A stretch of DNA of 64,000 nt from Thermoanaerobaculia bacterium (GTDB lineage: Bacteria; Acidobacteriota; Thermoanaerobaculia; UBA5066; Gp7-AA6): the NCBI GenBank assembly GCA_036493875.1, contig DASXPB010000054.1, positions 5,764-69,763 of the forward strand, given 5' to 3'. The translations under genes were made by a program, and so were the position numbers. Shown here piece after piece: positions 18,116 through 26,919 of this stretch. The notes beneath the pieces are model-generated. The model had not been told where the DNA came from. It made no database searches and was given only the letters and a program-made list of their open reading frames with translations. Within the stretch, counting starts at the first letter, position 1, and the number at the start of each line of letters is the position of its first letter.

Positions 18116-18501
18116 CGTGTGACTCCTTTCGTGGGCTCGGGGGAGGAAACGTTCTCGTTAGCCGGAGAGGAAGCCAGGTTCGGGATCTCCGTGAGGAGCT
18201 CCGATCCGGGGTTGTCGAGGAGGAAAGCGGTCGGCGACTCCCAGTCCGCGAGCTGCACGACCTCCGCGGGCGGGGTGACTTGGCGCGGCGCGCCCTTATG
18301 GACGTCCACGAGGAGAATCGCCAAGGTGACCAGGCTGGCGAGCGCCAGCGCCCAGGCGATTCGGCGCCCGACGGAGATCCGGCGGCGCGGTCTCCGCGCA
18401 AGGAGCGCGCCGAGGTCCGGCGCAGCCGACTCGTCCGCGCGCCGCTCGGCCTCGAAGAGGCGGGAAAGCTCGCGATCGGGCTCAAAGGAGTCCTGCGTCA
18501 C
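18112..18501 (-). CDS. putative anti-sigma factor / single-pass membrane protein
   Basis: GTG 18501 overlaps the sigma-factor stop (GTGA), in the frame of track ORF 18112..18933. One TM helix (IAWALALASLVTLAILLV). No zinc-finger anti-sigma motif is visible. The call rests on position. Confidence 0.45.
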   Translation of the reverse strand: MTQDSFEPDRELSRLFEAERRADESAAPDLGALLARRPRRRISVGRRIAWALALASLVTLAILLVDVHKGAPRQVTPPAEVVQLADWESPTAFLLDNPGSELLTEIPNLASSPANENVSSPEPTKGVTR

Positions 18502-19001
18502 GCGCCGCTCCTCGCCGACAACAGGGCCGCGAGCCGGCGCTTGCCGCGGTGATAGTGCCGGGCCGCAGCGCCGAGCGAGATCGACAGAGTCTCCGCCGCC
18601 TCCTGGAGCGTCATGCCCATGGAGAAGACGAGGTGGAGGATTTCGTTCTGGCGCCGGGGGAGCGTTTCGACGGCCGACCTCAGGGCGAGAATCTCGACCG
18701 GCGCGGCTCCGTCGGCGGCGCGGCTTCCCGGATGGTCCTCGCCCCGATACCGCCCGAGCAGGAGCCCGGACATCACGGCGCGGCGCCGCTCCTCGGACGC
18801 CGTTCGCCGGATGACGCCGAACAGGTACGTCTTGAAGCTCGAGCGCCCGGCGAACCGCGCCCGCCCGTCCAGGATCTTCAGGTAGCTCGTCTGGAGCACG
18901 TCCTCGGCCCTTTCCCGATCTCGTCCGCAGCACGCCAGTGCCCAGGCGAAACCGGCCGCATGCAGCCGTTCGATCTCGTCCTTCAGCTCGGTGGGCGTCA
19001 T
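18498..19001 (-). CDS. ECF-type RNA polymerase sigma-70 factor
   Basis: 167 aa. Region 2-like DVLQTSYLKILDGRARFAGRSSFKTYLFGVIRR and region 4 LPRRQNEILHLVFSMGMTLQEAAETLSISLGAAARHYHRGKRRL. Confidence 0.85.
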   Translation of the reverse strand: MTPTELKDEIERLHAAGFAWALACCGRDRERAEDVLQTSYLKILDGRARFAGRSSFKTYLFGVIRRTASEERRRAVMSGLLLGRYRGEDHPGSRAADGAAPVEILALRSAVETLPRRQNEILHLVFSMGMTLQEAAETLSISLGAAARHYHRGKRRLAALLSARSGA

Positions 19002-19187
19002 CGATCGGACTCTGCGTCTCTGAGTGGCTCCGCGGGCGGCTTTTTATGACGGGCGCCCTGCTCGGGCCGATACGGTCCGGATGCGACCCGGCGACGGGTC
19101 AGGTGATCGCCGGGGTCGGGGAGAGCCGCCCCGAGAGCATCGACGGGACGATCTCCGCGGCCGCTCCGATAGAGCGAAGAATCCGCC

Positions 19188-22100
19188 TCACGACTTCCCG
19201 CTCTGCAGCCTCCGCGCCTCGTTCACCACGCGGAGAAAGCCGCTCGCCTTCGCATCCCTCGCGACGTCGTCGAGCTCCGCCCGCGCCCGGGTGAGCTGTC
19301 CCGACTGCAGGTCGATGTACGCGACCGCGAGCCGCGCGTCGAGCTGAAAGTTGACCCAGCCGATGCGCTGCGTCTTCTGAAGGACCTCGACCGCCTCCCT
19401 CCGGGCCTGCTCGGTGTGACCGGAGGCGGCGTCGGCTCGGACGCACGCGATTCGGGCCGGGAGGATTTCGTTGACCTGAGCGGTTCCTCGGAGCAGGCTT
19501 CGGACGCGGCTCGCCGTTTCTTCCGCCTCGGGCGTCCGCCCGAGAAGGATCAGCGCCTGGATCAGGGACCCTTCCGCGAGCGCCTGATTGCCCTTCGCGC
19601 CGCTCTTCTGGAACTCCGCGTCCGCCTCCCGCGACAGCTTCGCCGCCTCCTCGGCCCGACCCGAGGCGATCAGGACGTCCGCCTGCGAGAGGGCACTCTC
19701 CGCCCGCGTCTCGCTTTCGCCGAGCCGTTGCTGGATGGCCATGGCCTGCGAAGAGAGTCTCCCGGCCTCGGCCAGATTCCCCATGTCGAAGAGAACGCCG
19801 GAGAGCGCGTTGAGCTGACGGGCCTCGCCCCCTTCACTCTTGATGCTCTTCGAGATCGCGATGGCGTCCTCGTAGCTTCGCTTCGCCGCGGCCAGGTCCC
19901 CCTGGGAGTGCAGGACGTCGCCGATGCACTCGAGCGTCCAAGCCTCCCACGACGGCTTCCCGATCTCGCGTGAGATCGCGAGCGCCTGCCGGTGGAGGTC
20001 CATCGAACGGGAGAGGTCGCCCTGATCCCAGGCCACGGTCGCGATGCCGTTCAACGCCCACGCGATGCCGGACCGGTCGCTCACTTCCGTGTCCAGAGCC
20101 TGCAGCTCCTTCAACTCGCGCTCCACGAGGGGAAGATCCCCGGCCTGGAGCCAGTCGATGTTGATGAGATCGGTCAGAGCGGCGGCCTCGCCTCTCCGGT
20201 CGCCGATTCCGTGGAAGGTTGCGAGTGCCTGGCGGTAGAGAGCGCGACCACCGGACAGGTCGCCCTGGCCCATCAGCATGCCGCCGATGTTGCGGATGGC
20301 TTGGGCGGTGCCGTCGCGATCTCCGATCTGCTCGTAGAGATCGCGAGCCTCTTCGTACTTCGACCGCGCGGCGGCGGGATCTCCCTGAGCGTCGAGAGCA
20401 GCCGCCTCCTCCTGACGCGCTCGCGCCAGAAGCCCTTTCTCGTCCAACCGCAGGGCCTTCGCCGCGGCCCGGGTGGCGGCGGCCTTCTGGCCGGCGGAAT
20501 CGGACCGGGATCCCGCGGCGGCGGCTTCCGCGAGGTCGATCCGGGGATCGTCCCGCTGCGGCGGTGGCAGCCGGCGAAGCTGCACGACGGTCCCGAGCGA
20601 ATCCTTGAGATGTCCGCCGGAGAGTTGCGCCCGGGCGAGCCGGAGCCCGTACTCCAGGTCGTCGGGGTAATCCTTCCAGAGCGACTGGTAGAGCCCGATG
20701 GCCTCGTCCCACTTCTTTCGGGACTCGGCGAGCCTCGCCCGGATGCGGAGCTGCTCCTCGTTCCCGAGGCCCTCGGCGTGTTCGACCGCCTTCGCGGCCT
20801 CCTCCTCGGCACGGCCGTCGTATCCCAGCGCCGACCAGGCGTCCGACAGCGCGGCGTGCGAGAGAGCGAAGCCCGGCTCCGCCTCCGCGGCCCGAATCAG
20901 GAGATCGCGGGCGGCCGGCGCGTCTCCGCGACGCAAACGATCGAGACCTTCCGCGTAGAGACGCATGGCTTCGGGGCTCGCCGGGAGCGACGCCTTCACG
21001 CTGGCCGCCTCGGCCGCGGTCGGCCCCGCGAGCCCCAGCCTCGTCCGCAGCTGCTCGCCGGCCAGCGACACGAGCGCGAAGAGGTCCGCCTCCGACCCCG
21101 TCTCGGAGATCGACGCCACCGTCTCTCCGGTCCCGGCGTCCTGGACGAAGAGGTCGATCCGAATCTGCTCGCCGGCGGGAGCGACGAGGGCGAGGTAGGA
21201 GCCGACGACGACGTCGTCCGCGTTCAGGCCTGAGCGAAGGGTCGCGAGTGTCTCGCGCGAGAGCGCACCGGCCGGAGGATCGAGATGCCGGCGCGCGACG
21301 TTCTCGGCCGGGACGATTCGGACCTTCTCGCCGGCCGCGATCTCGGCGGTCACCATCGCGGAGATCGCGGTGCCGAGCCAGTCGGCTTCCCGGCGGCCCG
21401 ACAGGTTGCGCAGTCCGAGAACGGCGACGGACTTCCGAATCCGAGCGGGCGACTCGTTTCCCGAAACCGGCCTTTCCGCGCGCGGCTTCGACCGGACACC
21501 GGCGACGATCCATGTGACTGCGGCGATCAGGGCCGCGGCGGCGGCCGCGACGAGCGTCCACCGGCCCCGGCGTCTCGAGAGTCTTTCGGGAGCGCGGCGA
21601 GTCGAGGCGAGAGCGGCCGCACCGGAGGACGACCGCCCGGCCGAGGCTGCGGCGCTTCTCAGATCCGCCGCCAGGTCCGGCGCGGACCGATAGCGGTCGG
21701 CGGGTCGCTTCTCGAGACAGCGGCGAAGGATCCGCTCGACTTCGGGAGCGACCGAAACGCCGGCGGCCGAGAGGGGGGGCGGCTCCTCCTTCAGGATCGC
21801 GATCATCGTCTCGGGAGCCGTCGGCCGCTCGAACGCGCGCCGGCCGGAGAGCATCTCGTAGAGCACGGAACCGAGAGAAAAGATGTCGGAGCGGCCGTCG
21901 GTCAGCCGGCCCAGCACCTGCTCCGGCGACATGTAGTCGATCGTGCCGAGGACGAGCCCGGGCTCCGTCCTCGCCGCCGACGGCGGGTCCTCGCGCGAGC
22001 CCGCCTCTTCCGTATGCGTCAGTTTCGCGAGCCCGAAATCCAGGATCTTGACTCGGCCGTCGTTCGTCAGGAGGAGATTCGCTGGCTTCAGGTCGCGGTG

Positions 22101-22928
22101 CACGATCCCCTTGTCGTGCGCCGCGGCGAGGCCGTCCGCGATCTGCGCCGCGACGTCGAGTGCCTGGACGGGTGGGAGCGGCCCGCCCGCGAGCCTCGAC
22201 TGGAGGGTCTCGCCTTCGAGGAGCTCCGTCACGATGTACGGCTCCCCTTCGTGAGAACCCATGTCGTAGACCGCCGTGATGTTCGGATGATTCAGCGCTC
22301 CGGCCGACTGTGCCTCGCGCTCGAAACGACGGAGGCGGTCGGGATCGGTCGCGAGTGAAGCGGGCAGGACTTTGATCGCGACGTCTCGCCTGAGCCTGTC
22401 GTCGCGAGCGCGATAGACGGTTCCCATCGCGCCGGCGCCGAGGACCGAGAGGATCGTGTAGGGGCCGAGTCGCGCGGGAACGGTGGGCCGTGGCTTTTCG
22501 GCCGCGATCGCTCCGGACGGCGTCCCGGCGACGAGCGGCGAACCCTCGGGGGCCGCAGGGCGCGCCGACGGAGAGATCTCCACCGCCGGTTCCGCGCGGA
22601 CCGGTGCGACGAAGCGGTATCCGACGCGCGGAATCGTTTCGATGTACTCGCTCCCGTCCGGATCGCCGAGAACCTTCCGAATCGTCCAGATGTTCTTGGT
22701 GAGGTTGCTCTCCTCGACGACCGTGTGCGGCCAGAGCGCCGAGATGAGCTGCTCCTTGGTCAGGAGATGGCCGGCGTTCTGGACGAGAAGGACCAGCGTG
22801 TCGAAAACGCGCGGTTGGAGGCTCTTCGGACTGCCGTCCCGTAAGAGACGGCGTTCGGCGACCTCCAACCGGAACGGCCCGAAGCTGTAGCCGACCGGAG
22901 GATCTGCGTCCTTCGCCCCTCTATCCAT
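19188..22928 (-). CDS. multidomain protein: OmpR/CadC-type winged-helix DNA-binding domain, Ser/Thr kinase, TM helix, TolB_N-like segment and TPR array
   Basis: 1246 aa. The wHTH region reads [17 protein letters not shown]...[12 protein letters not shown]...[11 protein letters not shown]. Kinase motifs: [38 protein letters not shown] helix [22 protein letters not shown]. Many TPR-like repeats follow. Confidence 0.85.
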   Translation of the reverse strand: MDRGAKDADPPVGYSFGPFRLEVAERRLLRDGSPKSLQPRVFDTLVLLVQNAGHLLTKEQLISALWPHTVVEESNLTKNIWTIRKVLGDPDGSEYIETIPRVGYRFVAPVRAEPAVEISPSARPAAPEGSPLVAGTPSGAIAAEKPRPTVPARLGPYTILSVLGAGAMGTVYRARDDRLRRDVAIKVLPASLATDPDRLRRFEREAQSAGALNHPNITAVYDMGSHEGEPYIVTELLEGETLQSRLAGGPLPPVQALDVAAQIADGLAAAHDKGIVHRDLKPANLLLTNDGRVKILDFGLAKLTHTEEAGSREDPPSAARTEPGLVLGTIDYMSPEQVLGRLTDGRSDIFSLGSVLYEMLSGRRAFERPTAPETMIAILKEEPPPLSAAGVSVAPEVERILRRCLEKRPADRYRSAPDLAADLRSAAASAGRSSSGAAALASTRRAPERLSRRRGRWTLVAAAAAALIAAVTWIVAGVRSKPRAERPVSGNESPARIRKSVAVLGLRNLSGRREADWLGTAISAMVTAEIAAGEKVRIVPAENVARRHLDPPAGALSRETLATLRSGLNADDVVVGSYLALVAPAGEQIRIDLFVQDAGTGETVASISETGSEADLFALVSLAGEQLRTRLGLAGPTAAEAASVKASLPASPEAMRLYAEGLDRLRRGDAPAARDLLIRAAEAEPGFALSHAALSDAWSALGYDGRAEEEAAKAVEHAEGLGNEEQLRIRARLAESRKKWDEAIGLYQSLWKDYPDDLEYGLRLARAQLSGGHLKDSLGTVVQLRRLPPPQRDDPRIDLAEAAAAGSRSDSAGQKAAATRAAAKALRLDEKGLLARARQEEAAALDAQGDPAAARSKYEEARDLYEQIGDRDGTAQAIRNIGGMLMGQGDLSGGRALYRQALATFHGIGDRRGEAAALTDLINIDWLQAGDLPLVERELKELQALDTEVSDRSGIAWALNGIATVAWDQGDLSRSMDLHRQALAISREIGKPSWEAWTLECIGDVLHSQGDLAAAKRSYEDAIAISKSIKSEGGEARQLNALSGVLFDMGNLAEAGRLSSQAMAIQQRLGESETRAESALSQADVLIASGRAEEAAKLSREADAEFQKSGAKGNQALAEGSLIQALILLGRTPEAEETASRVRSLLRGTAQVNEILPARIACVRADAASGHTEQARREAVEVLQKTQRIGWVNFQLDARLAVAYIDLQSGQLTRARAELDDVARDAKASGFLRVVNEARRLQSGKS

Positions 22929-23025
22929 TCTTTATCCAGAAGAAATCCATCCAGAAGCCAGCGTCAGTCCAGCGACGGAATTATTCCATGCGGGCATCCT
23001 GCCCCCCGAATAAGGAGGGTGACTC

Positions 23026-23958
23026 ATGACGATTGGCCTGTTTCGGAGGATTTCGGCGGCCTTTCTCGCTCTCGCTCTCGCCCCGGCCCTGGCCCAGGCC
23101 GCGCCCCAGCCCCAGCCACGGACGTTCGTCTCGGCCAAGAAAGGAAGCGACGCGGCCAACTGCAGCCGGACGTCTCCGTGCCGGACGTTCTCCCGGGCGA
23201 TCGCCATGACGAATGCGGGCGGCGAAGTCGTGGTGCTCGATTCGGGCGGCTACGGCGCAGTGACCATCAACCAGGCCGTGTCGCTCGAGGCACCCGACGG
23301 CATCTATGCCGGGATCACGGCGTCGTCGGGGGACGCGATCACCGTCGCGGCGGGCGTCAACGACGTCGTCGTCCTTCGAGGTCTGACGCTGACCGGGACG
23401 AGCGCGGCCGGGAACGGAATCAACGTCGTGACGGCCGCTACGGTCCACGTCGAGCACTGCACGATCCGGGGATTCTCGGCCGGTAACGGAATTCTTGCGA
23501 CGGAAAGCGTCCTTCTTCAGCAGCTCTACGTCGAAGATTCCGAGATTGAGGAGTGCAACAAGGCCGTGAACGCCACGGCGTCCACACTCTCGTTCGTCTG
23601 GATCGACCGCTGCCGGTTTGAGGGGGGCGAGGGTGAGGGTACCGGATTGCTCCTGGAGGGGCCGAGCGACGGAAGCTCTCTCACCGTCTCCATTAGCGAG
23701 TCCCGTTTCACGGGATGGCACGACGGGATCGAGGTGGGCGATACCGTGTTTCTTACGGTGGATCGTTGCGTCTTGAGGGATTTTTCAATCGACATCTCGG
23801 CATTGGGAACCCGTGAGTCCACGCTGACGATCACGAATTCGGTGGTTCCCAATTCCTTCGCCGGCGTCGAGCTCGGTGGCCATGTAAGCGCCTGTTCCCT
23901 CGGAAACAACTTCATCGCCCACGTCATAGGGACGCTCAATCAATGCCCGCTTCAGTGA
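23026..23958 (+). CDS. secreted right-handed parallel beta-helix repeat protein
   Basis: AAGGAGGG precedes the ATG. Signal peptide ...ALALAPALAQA. An N-terminal G.D...CS...PC.T motif (KKGSDAANCSRTSPCRTFSRAI) is followed by repeated short beta-helix turns. Confidence 0.7.
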   Translation: MTIGLFRRISAAFLALALAPALAQAAPQPQPRTFVSAKKGSDAANCSRTSPCRTFSRAIAMTNAGGEVVVLDSGGYGAVTINQAVSLEAPDGIYAGITASSGDAITVAAGVNDVVVLRGLTLTGTSAAGNGINVVTAATVHVEHCTIRGFSAGNGILATESVLLQQLYVEDSEIEECNKAVNATASTLSFVWIDRCRFEGGEGEGTGLLLEGPSDGSSLTVSISESRFTGWHDGIEVGDTVFLTVDRCVLRDFSIDISALGTRESTLTITNSVVPNSFAGVELGGHVSACSLGNNFIAHVIGTLNQCPLQ

Positions 23959-24641
23959 GCGAGGCTGTCGTGACTGTGACGAGAAGGGTCTCGCTGGCGG
24001 CCGCGGCCCTCTGCGTGTCCGCCGTACTCTGCTTCTGCTCCCGAAAGACCTCCGCCGAGGCGGCCTCGGCTTCCTCGCCCGGGGAGGCCCCCGCGAGCGC
24101 GTCGAGCGCGACGAGCCCGGCCCGATCCCCGGACCCGTGCACGCTCGTGACGGCCGAGGAGGTCGGCGCGGTGCTGAAGAGAAAGATGGTTTCCTCCTCT
24201 TCCGGTTCGAGCTGCGAGTATGGGAATGCTTCGGAATCGTCGTCGGGTACCACCGTGTCGCAGATACCCCAGGCCGTCGCGACGCTTACGGACGTGAAGC
24301 TCGACCTGGCACGGGACGACATGACCGAGGCACAGGTCAAGGCCATCTACGCGCGTACCGGCGACACCGTCCGGCGCTCGCTCGACCCCGAGAAGAGAGG
24401 GCTGCAGGGAACGATCGTCGTCGCCAACGACATCCCGAAGGTCGGAGACTGGGCGTTCACGACCAACGTCGCCGCGGTCAACATGGGTTTCGGCTTCTCT
24501 TCGCGAGGCCGCATCCTCCACGCGCGCAAGGGCCCGTGGCATCTGACCGTCGGCGCCACCATCTCGCCCGATCCGGGCGAGGCCGCGCTCGACGCCGAGC
24601 TCGCGGACATCGCGCGCGCGGCGATATCCCGTCTGCCGTAA
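23943..24641 (+). CDS. hypothetical exported or membrane-anchored protein
   Basis: 232-aa ORF overlapping the previous stop. Hydrophobic N-terminus RRVSLAAAALCVSAVLCFCS followed by an Ala/Ser-rich linker. The start could be ATG 23943 or GTG 23970/23976. No family recognised. Confidence 0.5.
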   Translation: MPASVSEAVVTVTRRVSLAAAALCVSAVLCFCSRKTSAEAASASSPGEAPASASSATSPARSPDPCTLVTAEEVGAVLKRKMVSSSSGSSCEYGNASESSSGTTVSQIPQAVATLTDVKLDLARDDMTEAQVKAIYARTGDTVRRSLDPEKRGLQGTIVVANDIPKVGDWAFTTNVAAVNMGFGFSSRGRILHARKGPWHLTVGATISPDPGEAALDAELADIARAAISRLP

Positions 24642-24658
24642 CGGAAAGGAGAGCTCCG

Positions 24659-25387
24659 ATGGCTTCGCCGTTCCCTTCGATACCGAATCCGCTGATCGCA
24701 ATTCCGCAGCTCTACGTCGTGCCGATCTTCTGGGGAGAATCCTGGATCGCCCACACACCCTACAACTGCTTCGACGTCCTCGAGAACATCACGACGATCA
24801 TGTCCGGCCACTATCTCGACGGTCTCGCAGAGTACGGGATCGCGGCGGGAGGTGCCGCGTCTTTCGGCGCCGTCCTGCACGTGCCCGACGCGGAGATCCC
24901 GAACCCCTTTCAACACGAGGACTGCTGGAGAGTGATCGACGGCGCGATCGCCGCGAAATCGGTGGAGGCGCCCGCGGTGTACGACCAGCCGGCGCTCGTC
25001 GGCGCTCGTTATCGCACCGTCTATTCCCTGTTCGTCGCGCCGAATCACTACTTCACGGATCCCAACATTTTCGGCTGGAACAAGCCGGACTACCGGCCCG
25101 GCGCGGCGGCGACATGGGTCTCCTGCAATTCCGATCTGGCCGGCGCCGTCGAGACGTTCGCCCACGAGCTGGTCGAAGGGGGGAGTGGCGCGCAGATCGC
25201 CGACGCCTGCGAGACGGAGAAATTCGAGCTGGATGGCATTCGCCTGCCCAAGTACGAGGTCCATGGGAACTGCTGGCCTGATCTCCAGACGCGGTTGATC
25301 TGGATGGAAGAGAAGCTCGCGCGATATCGGCAACGGGAACGAGGGTTCGCCGGGCGGCAGCCCGCCGGAATCGTTCCCGCCCACTAG
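24659..25387 (+). CDS. hypothetical protein (no signal peptide seen)
   Basis: Internal ATG 24659 of track ORF 24137.. (in frame), preceded by GGAAAGGAGAG. 242 aa, beginning MASPFPSIPNPLIAIPQLYVVPIFWGESW and containing FAHELVEGG. No family recognised. Confidence 0.55.
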   Translation: MASPFPSIPNPLIAIPQLYVVPIFWGESWIAHTPYNCFDVLENITTIMSGHYLDGLAEYGIAAGGAASFGAVLHVPDAEIPNPFQHEDCWRVIDGAIAAKSVEAPAVYDQPALVGARYRTVYSLFVAPNHYFTDPNIFGWNKPDYRPGAAATWVSCNSDLAGAVETFAHELVEGGSGAQIADACETEKFELDGIRLPKYEVHGNCWPDLQTRLIWMEEKLARYRQRERGFAGRQPAGIVPAH

Positions 25388-25443
25388 TGTCCCGAGCGCG
25401 CGGTCCAACGACCGCTCCATGCAGCCGACAAGGAGGCAAGTGC

Positions 25444-26154
25444 ATGAAGTTCGGATTCTGGATTCTCATCCTCTCCACCCTGGCGAGCGCCGCCGCGCGA
25501 GCGGATCAGGCGGCCTGCGACCGGATCCGCGAGGAGAACCTGAAGACCCAGAGCAGCCACGTTCAGATGACGGTGACGGGATACGCGTTCGCCGCCGACA
25601 CGCCGGACATCTATGGCTCGGGGACCCACACCTGCAGCTTCCTGCGCGACGAATCCGTCGACGGTCAGCCGGCCTCGGTCTATCGCGAACAGTATCGATC
25701 GAAGACAGGCAGCACCGACGCGACGATCTGGATCTCGAAGAGCTCCGGAATGCTGCTGCGGGAGGAGCAGGACGGGGACGTGACCGGCAAGGGGAAAGGG
25801 CACATCGCGTATCGATGGACCCCGCGGACAACGGTCGAGCCCGCTCCCGCCGGCGGCGCATCCTCGAAGGACAACGGCAAGCTGCCGATCTACCCGCGCG
25901 GCCGCAACCTGAACGACATGCCGGCCTCCGTGGTCGCGCAGGGCGTGCCGATGGTCCTGGAGACAAGCGACTCCGTGGCGACGGTCGATGCCTGGTACAA
26001 GTCCCACGTTCCCGGATCGTGCGCCCGGACGGCCGCTTCGGAGGGCGTCAAGTGGGCCTGTCCGGCGGGCAGCGTCGTGATCTACCCGCACGAGGGCAAG
26101 ACGCAGATCGCGTTCGTGCCGGCGAGGTCGACGTCGTGGGGAAGACAACGATGA
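25444..26154 (+). CDS. hypothetical secreted protein
   Basis: ATG 25444 follows AAGGAGG. Signal peptide MKFGFWILILSTLASAAARA. 236 aa. No family recognised. Confidence 0.55.
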   Translation: MKFGFWILILSTLASAAARADQAACDRIREENLKTQSSHVQMTVTGYAFAADTPDIYGSGTHTCSFLRDESVDGQPASVYREQYRSKTGSTDATIWISKSSGMLLREEQDGDVTGKGKGHIAYRWTPRTTVEPAPAGGASSKDNGKLPIYPRGRNLNDMPASVVAQGVPMVLETSDSVATVDAWYKSHVPGSCARTAASEGVKWACPAGSVVIYPHEGKTQIAFVPARSTSWGRQR

Positions 26155-26210
26155 GAGCGTCGAGCCGGCGTGAAATCCAGCGCGCCGGATCAAACAAAGG
26201 GAGGAATCTC

Positions 26211-26720
26211 ATGAGGAACCACAGGTCTACCGGCAAGACTCGACGGAGCACAGCACGTGTCGCGTTGTTACTTCCCCTCGTCCTGCTCCTATCGATCCGA
26301 CCGGCGAGAGCGGATGACGACGACAAATCGAAATGTCAGGCCTTCTACGGCCCCTTTACCTCGGTCGTGGTGCCGCCGCCGGACTGCACGTCCCCGGTGG
26401 GGCTGTGCACTCACGGCACGCTGGTCGGCGAATTCCCGGCCACCTATGACTTCACGGCGATGACGCAGACGACGGATCCTGACGATCCGAACATCGTCAC
26501 GCTGACGGGTACGAGCGTCGTCACGACGGCCGCCGGCGTGATTCACACCGACGACGTCAGCGTGATCAACTTCGCAACCGGCGACTTCGTCACCAAGGCT
26601 CTCGTTGATCGGACCAAGATCCACGACGCGAAGACCGGAGGCTTCATCGCGGCCGGCAATCTCGATTTCGCGACCGGGCAGGCGACCGGGAACTATTCCG
26701 CCGTACTCTGTCCGCGTTAG
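26211..26720 (+). CDS. hypothetical small secreted Cys-containing protein
   Basis: ATG 26211 follows AAAGGGAGG. Basic n-region plus VALLLPLVLLLSIRPARA, an acidic DDDDK stretch, and four Cys. 169 aa. No family recognised. Confidence 0.55.
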   Translation: MRNHRSTGKTRRSTARVALLLPLVLLLSIRPARADDDDKSKCQAFYGPFTSVVVPPPDCTSPVGLCTHGTLVGEFPATYDFTAMTQTTDPDDPNIVTLTGTSVVTTAAGVIHTDDVSVINFATGDFVTKALVDRTKIHDAKTGGFIAAGNLDFATGQATGNYSAVLCPR

Positions 26721-26741
26721 CGCAGGAGTAGTAAACGGGAA

Positions 26742-26843
26742 GCCGGTCTGCCAGCGCGTCGCCCAGTGAGGGGCGACGCAGAGTGAGAGAGAGAGGGGAG
26801 CCCCTTCGCCGAGTCGATCTCCTTCGCGCTCTGGCAGACCGGC
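26742..26843 (+). other. structured intergenic element (long-range 13-bp stem enclosing a 9-bp hairpin)
   Basis: gccggtctgccag (26742-26754) is the exact reverse complement of ctggcagaccggc (26831-26843). Inside, gcgtcgccc (26756-26764) pairs with gggcgacgc (26771-26779). The element lies between the stop at 26720 and the dehydrogenase start. Confidence 0.4.
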
Positions 26844-26919
26844 GACCCGGCCGCCGCCATCGTCCGTGGCGTCGTCGTCAACGAGACCGTCCACGCCCCG
26901 CGCTCACCAGGCGCCGGCG

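Noticed and set aside
19002-19187. Search for an ECF-type promoter (GGAAC-N16/17-CGTC) upstream of the sigma gene
   Set aside because: Only a GGACC...CCGTC pair with a roughly 21-nt spacer is present, which does not fit the usual geometry. I cannot support a promoter call by eye.
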